This document shows, in pieces, positions 20,323 to 29,787 of a DNA stretch of 45,513 nt. Source of the DNA: a virus (taxonomy: Duplodnaviria > Caudoviricetes); the IMG/VR virus record IMGVR_UViG_3300044723_003063, positions 1 to 45,513 of that record, one strand, 5' to 3'. The first letter of the stretch is position 1. Each line of letters opens with the position of its first letter. The position numbers were made by a program, and so were the translations under genes. A model generated the notes under the pieces. That model was not told the origin of the DNA. It did no database searches and was given only the letters and a program-made list of their open reading frames with translations.

Positions 20323-20717
20323 TAACGGGTCACTTCATTACTTAGTCTTACTCTTCCTTCTATAAGTCTGATTGTATAAGCACAGTCACCAGATCCAGAA
20401 TATAACTCTAAATCATAATGTGCATCTCCGGACCAGCTTAAATCCGAGCTAGTACAGGAAGCTATAATTACTCCTACAGTTCCTGAGGCCGGAGGAAGGT
20501 TGTCGTTAGAACCAGAAAAATGAAGGCCGGTACCGTCTGAGTTGTAAGAACTGGATAATGTAAGATAGACTGTATCTGAAGTAACAGAGGGTCGGATTTG
20601 CATTCGACCGGTGTAGTATGAAAGATCAACAGGATCGCCGTTTGAGTCTTTATACGCTAAGTCTATTTTAAAGGTGGCTCCTTGTTCTATGTAAAAATTG
20701 TATCTCCCGGCAGACAT
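20322..20717 (-). CDS. Fibre-attachment/adaptor beta-sandwich protein (BppU-N/LtfC-like)
   Basis: IEQGATF..PVDLSYYTGRMQIR..YDLEL..RLIEGRV pattern typical of fibre adaptors. Confidence 0.6.
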   Translation of the reverse strand: MSAGRYNFYIEQGATFKIDLAYKDSNGDPVDLSYYTGRMQIRPSVTSDTVYLTLSSSYNSDGTGLHFSGSNDNLPPASGTVGVIIASCTSSDLSWSGDAHYDLELYSGSGDCAYTIRLIEGRVRLSNEVTR

Positions 20718-20757
20718 AGTTTTATTATAAATATCTGTATAGAAGGATAAGCGTTAA

Positions 20758-21447
20758 CTAATCTCTATATCTTATAAATACATCTAAAACAGGATCAACT
20801 ACGTCATGTCTGTGATTCTGGTATAGATTTACTACTTTAACTCCAGGGACTTCGATCTGTAATTGTAAAAAGAAGTCAAATCCAGAGTCTTTTTTATTTC
20901 TTAAGTCACACTGAGACATATCCCCGCAAAAGACCATCTTAGATCCTAAACCAAGTCTACCCAGCATTAATTCTGTTTGTTTCATAGTGGCATTTTGTGC
21001 CTCATCAATTAAAACAAAACAGTTAGAGAATGTATTACCTCTTAAAAATCCAAAGGGAGCCACTATGACAGCCCCGTCATTTACAAGTTTTTCTGTCTTA
21101 GCTTTTCCGACTAGATCATACATTACATTGTAGATTGGGGAAGTTAAATAAGATAATTTATCATCTACTCCTCCTGGTAAAAATCCAATATCTTCTCCGG
21201 CAGTTACATAAGGCCGGGCAATAATCAGTTTCTCTACCTCTCTATTAAATAATTGATCTAATCCGGTTTGAACAGCAAGCATGGTTTTACCTGAACCAGC
21301 TTTTCCTTTTATGGCTGTAACGTCATGGTGTAGTATTTCTGCTTTAGCAAGTTTTTGTTCTTCATTTAACGTTATTCCAAATTTGATAGGATTTTTTGGC
21401 TTTCTTTTTTCTCTAAAAACCTCATCCGTGTGATGATTGCTTGGCAT
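20758..21447 (-). CDS. phoH: PhoH-family ATPase
   Basis: GKAGSGKT, ARP, IGFLPG, FLRGNTF, IDEAQN, GDMSQCDL, NHRH. Confidence 0.95.
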   Translation of the reverse strand: MPSNHHTDEVFREKRKPKNPIKFGITLNEEQKLAKAEILHHDVTAIKGKAGSGKTMLAVQTGLDQLFNREVEKLIIARPYVTAGEDIGFLPGGVDDKLSYLTSPIYNVMYDLVGKAKTEKLVNDGAVIVAPFGFLRGNTFSNCFVLIDEAQNATMKQTELMLGRLGLGSKMVFCGDMSQCDLRNKKDSGFDFFLQLQIEVPGVKVVNLYQNHRHDVVDPVLDVFIRYRD

Positions 21448-21503
21448 ATTTTATTAAGATTAATAACTTTATTATAAATAGATTCTTATTGAGGAACGAA
21501 CAT

Positions 21504-21530
21504 AAAAAAAGCCCGGCTTTCACCGGGCTC
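21504..21530 (-). terminator. Intrinsic terminator after the major capsid gene
   Basis: Minus strand AGCCCGGT-GAAA-GCCGGGCT followed by a T run. Confidence 0.9.
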
Positions 21531-21556
21531 TTTATTTACTTTACGTAAGGTCTATC

Positions 21557-23182
21557 TTACAAAGTGTTCAAACCATTAACGTAGATCTTACCGTAGAATT
21601 CTGGTCTTACCATCTTCTTAGCATATCTAGTCAATAATCCTTTTCTTGGTACGAAAGTATCTGGATCGTACACCATAGGAGTCATGATCAATGGAATGTA
21701 AGGAGCAAATACTGCACCAGTCTCCAAGAACTGACTACCCTTGAAGCCCATCAAGATAGTATTCTCTTTCATGTATGGGTTCTTGTAAACAGTGTATCTG
21801 TTGTTGATCTGACCCATCTTCTGTACACCAAAAGCGTAAGTAGCAACGCTTACATCTCCGTTAGAAGTAGAAGCGAATCCAGGAATGCTTTCCAAGATAG
21901 TAGCTACAGTAGGACTAACTACGCAGAAGTTAGCACCACCTCTCAAAGTTCTCTGATGGATGATGTTAGATAATTTCTGCATCTTAGTTCCTAAAGTTTG
22001 GAACCACTGACCTTGAGTGTTGTAGAAACCAGCATCTCCGAAAGAAGCAACTGCAGTCTCAGTTCCTGTGATAGTTCTGTTGTTAACAGCAGACCAGTAC
22101 TCAGTACCAGCAGCAGCTGATTCAATCAACATATCCAAGATCTCAAGATCGATCTCAAGACTGATGTACTCAGACATTGTAGAAGTCAACTCAGCCTCAG
22201 CATCCAAGCTATGGTATGCGTTCAAGTCCTGAGCGAATTCTGGAGTCCATTGTGCTTTCAACTTCTTAGTCTTAGCAACGATAGCCTCAGATCTCATAGA
22301 AACGTTAATCTGTGGAATTACGATGTCAGTAGCAGACTCAGCGTTTGGTACAGCATAGCTAGCACCTGATTCGAAGTCACCTCTTGCATTATCCTTAGTA
22401 TCTTTGTTGTACTCAATTACGTAAGTACTTCCGATTGCAGGAGCAGCAGACTGAGATACGAAGAATGTAACGTTTCCTCCAGAGAAGAAGTTAAATTCGT
22501 TCAAGTTGTCAGCCAACTCTACAGTAGAACCAGAAGTGATTACAAATCCTCTTACTCCTAATACGTCAATATCAGCAGAGATAGAAGAAGTAGCAACAGT
22601 CAACTTGATAACCTCACCAGCAGCAACAGAAGCGCTGTAGTCAGAGTTGTAGTTGATGTCTACTAAAGTAGCAGATGCTGTAGTTGCAGTAGCAGAAGCT
22701 GAGAACTGGTTTGTAGAGTAAGTAAATCTACCAGCACCGTAAAGACCACCAGCGCTTTCGTTACCGAAGTTATCGCTGTTAGTACCGTAAAGAGAATCAC
22801 CTGAAGTGAAAGGATTCTTTGAAGTTCCGTATTGGAAATCCAAGAAGAATACAAGACCAGAAGGTAAGTTCATAGGCTGAACAGAAACGAATTCTTTCGC
22901 TGCAATCTGTCCGAATACCTTTCTTACCAATGGAAGAGCTACTCCAGCCCACTGCTCACCAGTACCAGCTGTGAAGCTACCACCTGTTCCAGTTTGTGAA
23001 GTCTCAACTACCAATTGCTTGGCCTGATTCTCAAGAATCATAGACATGTTGTTCTTGTCAATATCGCTACCAAGACCTTCCAAAAGGCCAGTAGCGTCCC
23101 ATTTGCTTGCTAATCTAACCGCGTCAGATTGCAAACTCTGCCATGGGTTAGCAGATTCTAATAGTTGTTGTACGTTTGACAT
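21557..23182 (-). CDS. Major capsid protein (T4 gp23-like)
   Basis: VQPMNLPSGLVFFL, KLKAQWTPEFAQDLNAYHSLDAEAEL, APYIPL, DPDTFVPRKGLLTRY. Confidence 0.97.
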   Translation of the reverse strand: MSNVQQLLESANPWQSLQSDAVRLASKWDATGLLEGLGSDIDKNNMSMILENQAKQLVVETSQTGTGGSFTAGTGEQWAGVALPLVRKVFGQIAAKEFVSVQPMNLPSGLVFFLDFQYGTSKNPFTSGDSLYGTNSDNFGNESAGGLYGAGRFTYSTNQFSASATATTASATLVDINYNSDYSASVAAGEVIKLTVATSSISADIDVLGVRGFVITSGSTVELADNLNEFNFFSGGNVTFFVSQSAAPAIGSTYVIEYNKDTKDNARGDFESGASYAVPNAESATDIVIPQINVSMRSEAIVAKTKKLKAQWTPEFAQDLNAYHSLDAEAELTSTMSEYISLEIDLEILDMLIESAAAGTEYWSAVNNRTITGTETAVASFGDAGFYNTQGQWFQTLGTKMQKLSNIIHQRTLRGGANFCVVSPTVATILESIPGFASTSNGDVSVATYAFGVQKMGQINNRYTVYKNPYMKENTILMGFKGSQFLETGAVFAPYIPLIMTPMVYDPDTFVPRKGLLTRYAKKMVRPEFYGKIYVNGLNTL

Positions 23183-23206
23183 TTTATGTACTTTCTAATT
23201 TTTTTT

Positions 23207-24652
23207 TTACTTTATGCCTGCAAGTTTTTGGAACCTACTTACCATACCGTCAGTCTCCACTACAGGCTTCTTTGGAGATGTTCCGACAGCTTTAGATGCA
23301 AAACTCTTAGATTCTTTAATAGCTTCTTTAGCAGTACTTGTTGTTGAAACTAGACCTTCTAATAAGGTTTCGTATACAAGCTTAACTTCTTTAACTGATT
23401 CAGCTTTGTCAAAGGTAGTCAATACCTTAACTTTCTGAGTTTCAGATAAGTTCTTAGCTTTAAAGATCTTATTTGTGTAGAGTAACTTAGAATTTAGAAG
23501 ATTAACTTCGTTTAATTCAGTTCTTAAAGTTTCAACTGTTTCTAGAGCTTCTGCTAATTCACCAGCAGCTTTCTTCTCTTTGTAAGCTTTAACAGCTTTA
23601 GAAATCATAGCCGCAGTTACTGCCCCGGTTACAATCGCAGCGATAGGGATCATACCAGCTACTACTGTTGCTCCTGTTATTCCGATTCCGAATTTAGTAG
23701 CGATCATCTTAATAATAGGTAAGAATACACCGAATCCTGATTCATTAAGCTGTCCTTCTTCAAGATCAGCACCTTCGTTAACTTTTTTCTTAAGATCAGC
23801 TAATGCTTTTTCAACTTCTGGTTTAGTATCTAAAGATTTATCATCGTGTACTTTATTTAAAGCAGCAGCGATTTCATCTTCAGCTCCTTCTTCCATCATT
23901 TCTTCAGATTCATCAGCTTGTTTACCTGTTAACTTCTTGTACGTTTTTTTGATAAAATCAATTGCTTTAGTACCTCCTGCATGAATCATACCAATAAGAA
24001 CAGGTACTGAAAGACCAAAAGTAACAGTGATGTACTTAGCTGTTTGTATAGTAACACCTAAAGCATCTGCTAGAGCTTGAAAATCTGCTCCTTGTGGATC
24101 AATGATTTCTTCCATTTTTTCTTCTTTTGCTTCCATCATTGGTTCTTCTTCGGTTTCTTCTTCTGATTCTTCATCAGTTACTTCTTCAGAAGCTTCCATT
24201 TCTGGTGCTTCCATTTCTTCTTCGCCGGCTTCTAATTCACCAGCTTCAATCATTTCATCTACCACATCTTCGATAAATGCTTTCAAATCTTCTTCAGACA
24301 TTTCCTCAAGGTCAAATTCTTCTTCTTCAACTTCCTCTTCCTCTTCTTCTTCCTCTTCGGCAATATTACCGTGAGCAGTAGGAGTGGTTTTGGGATCGTT
24401 CAAAAGATCTTCCTCTTCATTAAGTTCGTTTAAAAGTTCATTAAGCTCCTCTTCAGACATAGTGTCCTCCTCATCGTGCTTCATTTCCTTCATTTCGTCC
24501 TCTTCGTCCATTTCTGTAAGTTTCTTTTCAAGCAAAGATTTCAATTGCGGAGTGAACGCTTCTTCCAATGCCGCCTTGGCATTAGAGATAGCCATTTCCT
24601 TTACGGCCTTTGCATCAGCAATAGCCTCTTTTAACAATTCTCTGTTTGACAT
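23207..24652 (-). CDS. Prohead scaffold/core protein with two hydrophobic inserts
   Basis: Very acidic coiled coil between protease and capsid genes, many L-x-E sites, C-terminal RFQKLAGIK. Confidence 0.85.
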   Translation of the reverse strand: MSNRELLKEAIADAKAVKEMAISNAKAALEEAFTPQLKSLLEKKLTEMDEEDEMKEMKHDEEDTMSEEELNELLNELNEEEDLLNDPKTTPTAHGNIAEEEEEEEEEVEEEEFDLEEMSEEDLKAFIEDVVDEMIEAGELEAGEEEMEAPEMEASEEVTDEESEEETEEEPMMEAKEEKMEEIIDPQGADFQALADALGVTIQTAKYITVTFGLSVPVLIGMIHAGGTKAIDFIKKTYKKLTGKQADESEEMMEEGAEDEIAAALNKVHDDKSLDTKPEVEKALADLKKKVNEGADLEEGQLNESGFGVFLPIIKMIATKFGIGITGATVVAGMIPIAAIVTGAVTAAMISKAVKAYKEKKAAGELAEALETVETLRTELNEVNLLNSKLLYTNKIFKAKNLSETQKVKVLTTFDKAESVKEVKLVYETLLEGLVSTTSTAKEAIKESKSFASKAVGTSPKKPVVETDGMVSRFQKLAGIK

Positions 24653-24680
24653 TTTGTTCCTAAAATTTAGTTTTGGAAAG

Positions 24681-24750
24681 TACGCTTATTAGATTTTCAA
24701 GCGTAATAATTTTTTAACTTGTTTTTCAGAATGCTATATTGAGATAGCAT
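24681..24750 (-). promoter_or_regulatory. Twin-hairpin 5' leader of the scaffold gene
   Basis: ATGCTAT/ATAGCAT (24731-24750) and TACGCTT/AAGCGTA (24681-24705) 7-bp inverted repeats downstream of TATTTATT (24761-24768). Confidence 0.5.
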
Positions 24751-24807
24751 ATCTACTTTTAATAAATATAGATGTTTTTCTAAAAAGCTATCTTTAAATA
24801 AAGATTG

Positions 24808-25413
24808 TTATATAATGGGACATTCTCCAAAGCTGCAAAGAAGTTCACGAATGATCTCATTTGCTTTACTGTAATCTTTTAGAGAACCGTTTCCTAAGGC
24901 TTCATTCAACCTTGACTGGTGCATCCATGATCCAGGATTTGAAGGAGTGGAAACAAAGTCCCAGCAGAGCAACTCAAAGTCGTCTTGTACCTCCAAAGTC
25001 TCACCTATCTGTTTTACAGAACCCATTCCTCTTGATGAAACACCTACTTGAACGCCACTATCAATTAAAGCCTTTAAGATATTTCCGGACGGAGTAGGTA
25101 GAATTTCGATCTTACCCATAATATAATCCCCATCCCACCAGATATCTTTTATATTGTGAGAAACGTTTTTTAAATTTATTACTGTTGATTCTGGATGGTC
25201 TAGTTCACCGGTTGCACGGTTATTACGAACGCTATCCATATACTTATCAATCTCCCTTTTCCAAATAGGCTTAGGGTAGTACCTACCGTTACCGTTCTTT
25301 ACGTTGCAGGTTGCTAAGATTCCTTCAACCGTCGGACTACCTCCACCTCTTGATTCGGTGATGGTTCCTACGGGTCGGAAGGATTGGGTTTCTATAAGGA
25401 GATCTTTACTCAT
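24808..25413 (-). CDS. Prohead protease (T4 gp21-like)
   Basis: NGNGRYYP, GELDHP, GVSSRGMGS, WDFVSTPS. Confidence 0.95.
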   Translation of the reverse strand: MSKDLLIETQSFRPVGTITESRGGGSPTVEGILATCNVKNGNGRYYPKPIWKREIDKYMDSVRNNRATGELDHPESTVINLKNVSHNIKDIWWDGDYIMGKIEILPTPSGNILKALIDSGVQVGVSSRGMGSVKQIGETLEVQDDFELLCWDFVSTPSNPGSWMHQSRLNEALGNGSLKDYSKANEIIRELLCSFGECPII

Positions 25414-25416
25414 TAA

Positions 25417-26400
25417 TTATTTCTTAAGTCCTTTTCTTTTAAGCATCTCTTTCACTGCTTCTGCATAACCCATTTTCTCTACCTGTTCTCCGGCTTCTTC
25501 GTTTGGAGTTTCTAATTCCTCATCCATAGATGTAGGATCATCATCATGCTTGGTTAAATCAAAGTATTCATCCACTACTTCCTTCTTCTTCTCTCCATAC
25601 TTACCTTCAAGGCGGGCTTTTTCTTTTTCGTATCTTTTCTTCTTAGCTTCTAAGAACTTAATATTTTTCTGAATCTCTTTTACTTTCCTTTCATCTACCA
25701 TGTCGGACATTCCATCGGCTTCCGTCACTGATAATTTAGATTCAAGTTCAGAAATTAATTCGTTTATTTGACTTACTTTAGCTTCGGCTTTGGCTAGTTC
25801 GGATTTCTTTTCAATTTCCTTAACTGCTTTTTCCATTACCTTATTTTTAGCTTCACTAAGCTTAACAGGCATCATCTTATCTGTATCAGATGCTTTTAAA
25901 CCAGGAGCCTCATCAGTATAGCCAATACCCTTAACTCCAAAAGCACCATCTTTCATATAATGCATAGGATCTTTTTCAAGGTTCTTAACAACCATTTCCT
26001 TAAGTTCCTCTTCAGTCTTTTCAGCATTCTTAGGATCCTTCATCTCGGCATAGTAACCGGTTAGAATAGACTCCATTGAAAGATTGTTAGAATTTTTTTC
26101 GTCTTTATAATCGTAGCCTGCAGTCTCAAGCTTTTCAACGTCCTTGTCAGTATCCTTAAGTTCGGCTTTTACATTCTCGTTAAAGATTGAGAACCAATCT
26201 GGATTGTTAGGTTTTTTAGAAGATATACCTATAAATCCTTCTGAAAGGATTCCTCTTTCTGTTAAGTTATGAACGGCTTGATCAAAAGTTAGAGCATTAG
26301 TAACAACGTTTGGAAACATTGACTTAGCTTCTTTTAAGAATAATTCTTTATTGCCTTTTCCTTCTTTAATAAGGTTTAGTTTGTTCTGTAGGCTTTTCAT
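25417..26400 (-). CDS. Putative prohead core/internal protein
   Basis: Charged coiled-coil protein in the head cluster with IKE, LSE and FNE sites. Confidence 0.6.
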   Translation of the reverse strand: MKSLQNKLNLIKEGKGNKELFLKEAKSMFPNVVTNALTFDQAVHNLTERGILSEGFIGISSKKPNNPDWFSIFNENVKAELKDTDKDVEKLETAGYDYKDEKNSNNLSMESILTGYYAEMKDPKNAEKTEEELKEMVVKNLEKDPMHYMKDGAFGVKGIGYTDEAPGLKASDTDKMMPVKLSEAKNKVMEKAVKEIEKKSELAKAEAKVSQINELISELESKLSVTEADGMSDMVDERKVKEIQKNIKFLEAKKKRYEKEKARLEGKYGEKKKEVVDEYFDLTKHDDDPTSMDEELETPNEEAGEQVEKMGYAEAVKEMLKRKGLKK

Positions 26401-26421
26401 ACATTTATAAATATAGTAGAC

Positions 26422-26754
26422 TTAGGCTCCTGTGCCTCTTAAGTCCAAAGTTTCTTTTACGATATCAATTGCAGGTACAAATGTTAAAACTCCACCTCCG
26501 GGAGCTACTACAACCGAGGCCATATAATCTGATTGCACTAAAGATGATAATCCAGATCCTAACGTAAAAGATCCAGAAGTATTTTTAGGAGAAGTAGTAC
26601 CATAAAACCCGTCTGAGTTCTTTACTGTCTCTAAAGTAAAATAAGAACTACCCTCTAAGGCATTTGAGATAGTATAAGTGGTAGAATCTCCGGCTGTTAT
26701 ATCTGCCGGTTGCTGTTCTCTACTCTGTGTTACTGATACATTAAAGTTAGCCAT
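26422..26754 (-). CDS. Small beta-rich protein, possible head decoration
   Basis: 110 aa, Ser/Thr-rich, located in the head cluster. Confidence 0.55.
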   Translation of the reverse strand: MANFNVSVTQSREQQPADITAGDSTTYTISNALEGSSYFTLETVKNSDGFYGTTSPKNTSGSFTLGSGLSSLVQSDYMASVVVAPGGGVLTFVPAIDIVKETLDLRGTGA

Positions 26755-26757
26755 TTT

Positions 26758-26970
26758 TTATTTTTTCCAAAGATCTTTAACTACTAGGCCCTTGGCCTTC
26801 TTTCTTAGTTTATTCTGGTCTACAAGTTTCCAACCTAGTTTAAGGTAGTAGTTCTTTGCAGCTCCTTTAGCGTTCTTATCAGGATTATAAGCATACTTTC
26901 CTAAGTACGCCCCTGCACCGGCCGAGGTAGACATTTCTTTAAGCTGTCTTTTGAACTCGGTCCTGGTCAT
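26758..26970 (-). CDS. Small basic head-cluster protein
   Basis: 70 aa; QLKE followed by a Lys-rich C-terminal part. Confidence 0.65.
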   Translation of the reverse strand: MTRTEFKRQLKEMSTSAGAGAYLGKYAYNPDKNAKGAAKNYYLKLGWKLVDQNKLRKKAKGLVVKDLWKK

Positions 26971-26973
26971 GCT

Positions 26974-27807
26974 TTAAAGTTCGTTAATTAGTTCGTAATA
27001 CTGTAAAAGATTTACAACATCGTCATTGGAGAATTTATCATTTTTCTCTAAAGGTGTTACGTATTTAAGAACTTCCTGCAATTTAATTTTAACTACCTGG
27101 TCTTCAATACTTTTGATTTTTCTTTCTAAAGTACTTTTAATTCCTGGGATTCTATTGTTATAAAGTTCTTTTAGTTTCTCAGGTGCATCTACAGAGTTAA
27201 TAAATTCTTTCAAGACTTCTTTTTGAGCAGACTTTAGATCGTCATACTTTTCATTAAACTTCTCAAGAAGAACTCTATAAGTAAGCATTTTTAAATCCTT
27301 ATCATAACTATTAAACTCCTCCATCAATTCATCCCTCTTTTCCTCAACAGGTGCTTTAGAAAGATGCTCTAATAAAGTCATTTTATTGTTAATAACGACT
27401 TCCGGTGCTACATCAGTAGATGTATGGTTTTCAATAAGGTTATTTAAAGCAGCGTAAATTTTATAGTTACTAATTTTAACTTTAAAGAATTTCTCTACGC
27501 TGTAATTTTCTTTAATTTCACGTACTAAATTATATCTCTGTTTTCTAACCTCGGTACGATTTAATTTAGATGAGGTCTCAACCAGGCTATTGATTACTAA
27601 TTCAGCCTTTGATTCAGTTAAGTTTTTGTGTTTGGATAGCTGCTCGTATAGTTTATATTCTTTCCCTAATTCACTATTTAAAAAGTACTTTCTAAGAATA
27701 TCAACAGCAGCAGAGTCTTTCCCTTCTAAAGTGTCGGCGGTGATCCGTCTTACTAAAAGTTCAAAGAGTAAACCTGTATTCTTGAATTTCGAGTGTTTGT
27801 TCTGCAC
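26974..27807 (-). CDS. Helical head-assembly protein of unknown function
   Basis: 277-aa ORF (GTG start) immediately after the portal; TATTTATT at 27823-27830. Confidence 0.75.
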   Translation of the reverse strand: MQNKHSKFKNTGLLFELLVRRITADTLEGKDSAAVDILRKYFLNSELGKEYKLYEQLSKHKNLTESKAELVINSLVETSSKLNRTEVRKQRYNLVREIKENYSVEKFFKVKISNYKIYAALNNLIENHTSTDVAPEVVINNKMTLLEHLSKAPVEEKRDELMEEFNSYDKDLKMLTYRVLLEKFNEKYDDLKSAQKEVLKEFINSVDAPEKLKELYNNRIPGIKSTLERKIKSIEDQVVKIKLQEVLKYVTPLEKNDKFSNDDVVNLLQYYELINEL

Positions 27808-27841
27808 AGTAGTCGGTTTTATAATAAATATGTGTTAAATT

Positions 27842-29740
27842 TTATTCCCTGATTTGTTTTGGGTCTAGAAGACTATCCCCTTTTTTATCTGATTCAAATA
27901 CCAGTCTTTTCTTACCTGGCATATTATTAAGCATATCTTCATGACGACCTAATTCTTTCTTAGATTGCTCCATAGTATATCTACGGGCATCTACTCTTTT
28001 AGGTCTACCAAAGTCTTCCTGATCATCATTCTTGGCAGCGTCTCTACCCAGTCTATCTTTTCCTAAAGGATCATTTTGAGTTCCAGCTATAGATGCTTTC
28101 TCTCTAGGACGGCCCATCTCAGGCTCATCTTCGTTATACCCATCAGGTACTGAACCTGGTCGGTCATAGACTCTACCTTTACCGTAAGCCGTAGCTATAT
28201 CGTGAGGAGTTCCATAAGACTCTCCAGTCTCCATAGGATCATTTCCTTCGTTTTCTATCTGAGATCTTCTAAAGTCTCTTTTTCTATCTTGAAGAATTAA
28301 GTCTCTATACTCATCATACTGATCTTGAGATAGGTGGAAGATATTATCGTAAATCCAATCTGTTGGTAGGATACCGGAATCTTTAATTTGAGTTGCTAGG
28401 TCAACTTTCTCTTTTAATAAAGCAATTCTCTCCTGATCGTAAATGATTGAAGGAGTGGTTAAGCTTAATTCAAAGTTAGTTAGTGATTCGTCTCTGTAAC
28501 CCTGGATGTAAAGATGTACAAAAGCAATCTTATAAAGTTCAGAAACCATAATACGCTGTACTTTTTCGATAGTTCTACCGAATCTAATATCTTCAGCGGC
28601 TAAAGTTGCTTTACCTTGTAAGTTCTCATCATACCCAAGGAATGCTTTCGGCACTCTTAAGGCAGCAAATAACTTATCTCTTAGGTATTCAACGTCTGTT
28701 ATACCGTCATATTGTAATCCTCCTAAAGTTTCAATCTTAGTGCTAGTATCATTACCTCTCATAGGGATGTAAAAATCCTCCATAAGGTTTTGCATATTAT
28801 ACTTTAGGTTATATTCACCTGTCTGATTATCAATATAAGGAGTACGCTTCATTTTAGAGATTGCCTGCTGCATAAAGTTCTCAATCTCATTTGGAGGAAT
28901 ACCACCCACATTCATATAGAAGATTCTCTTTTCAGGAGCTCTTACTATTCTATGAACCAGCATTGCATCTTCCATTAAAGTATATTGTTTGAATAATTTC
29001 CTTGCAGGCTCTAAATAAGAACGGCCGTAAGGTAGGAAATTAACGTCAGTTAAAAGTCTGAAGTGTGCTATTTCGTAATTATCAAAGAAAATATCCTTAC
29101 CTGTTTCCTGGTTTGGACCTCTGAAGTAACCGTAAGTATCTGCTGCCAGACCGTCCGGGTCATATCTAAATCTAACTGCTGTAGGATTGTTTTCATCAAA
29201 GCCTTCCTGTCTCTCTATATTAAAAGCAGAGAATGGAATTACATTATAAACCCCATATTGTTCAGAAGCTTCTAATTTTAAGAAGAAGTCTCCGTACTTA
29301 CACATATTTCTTATCCACCAGTTTAAATTAAATTCAACGTTTAAAACGTCGTAAAATAAATTATAAAGGATCTTTTGGATATTCTCATCCGAGGAACGGA
29401 TTTGAAGTACCTCCCCCATATCATTTTTCAAAGTAGATTCTTCTGCCAGGATATCTAAAGTGGATGCAATAATAGCATCAGTATCCATAGCGTCATACTC
29501 TGAGTATAACTGGGTTCTTAAGGTCTGATAGTTAAAACTATTCTGATATCCGTATAAAGACGAAGGTGAGGTTGTGTAGATTCTATTGTATCGATTAACT
29601 AGAGAGTTGTTTTCTAGCTCTCCAGACATCTGAATCTGGTTAGTATCAGCGACTTTTAATTGATCGCCTCCGACGTTCCTAATTATTACATCAGTTGAAA
29701 AAAGGCGTCTAAGTCTTGAGAATATGCCGGTATCTGCCAT
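27842..29740 (-). CDS. Portal protein (T4 gp20-like)
   Basis: MEDAMLVHRIVRAPEKRIFY, EDFYIPMRG, KIETLGG, YLRDKLFAALRVP. Confidence 0.95.
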   Translation of the reverse strand: MADTGIFSRLRRLFSTDVIIRNVGGDQLKVADTNQIQMSGELENNSLVNRYNRIYTTSPSSLYGYQNSFNYQTLRTQLYSEYDAMDTDAIIASTLDILAEESTLKNDMGEVLQIRSSDENIQKILYNLFYDVLNVEFNLNWWIRNMCKYGDFFLKLEASEQYGVYNVIPFSAFNIERQEGFDENNPTAVRFRYDPDGLAADTYGYFRGPNQETGKDIFFDNYEIAHFRLLTDVNFLPYGRSYLEPARKLFKQYTLMEDAMLVHRIVRAPEKRIFYMNVGGIPPNEIENFMQQAISKMKRTPYIDNQTGEYNLKYNMQNLMEDFYIPMRGNDTSTKIETLGGLQYDGITDVEYLRDKLFAALRVPKAFLGYDENLQGKATLAAEDIRFGRTIEKVQRIMVSELYKIAFVHLYIQGYRDESLTNFELSLTTPSIIYDQERIALLKEKVDLATQIKDSGILPTDWIYDNIFHLSQDQYDEYRDLILQDRKRDFRRSQIENEGNDPMETGESYGTPHDIATAYGKGRVYDRPGSVPDGYNEDEPEMGRPREKASIAGTQNDPLGKDRLGRDAAKNDDQEDFGRPKRVDARRYTMEQSKKELGRHEDMLNNMPGKKRLVFESDKKGDSLLDPKQIRE

Positions 29741-29787
29741 TACGTCTTAATAATATAAGTATAAATAGTTAAAAAGGCCAACTTAAT

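Noticed and set aside
23214-24692. Plus-strand Ser-rich ORFs
   Set aside because: Antisense mirror of Glu (GAA) runs in the scaffold gene.
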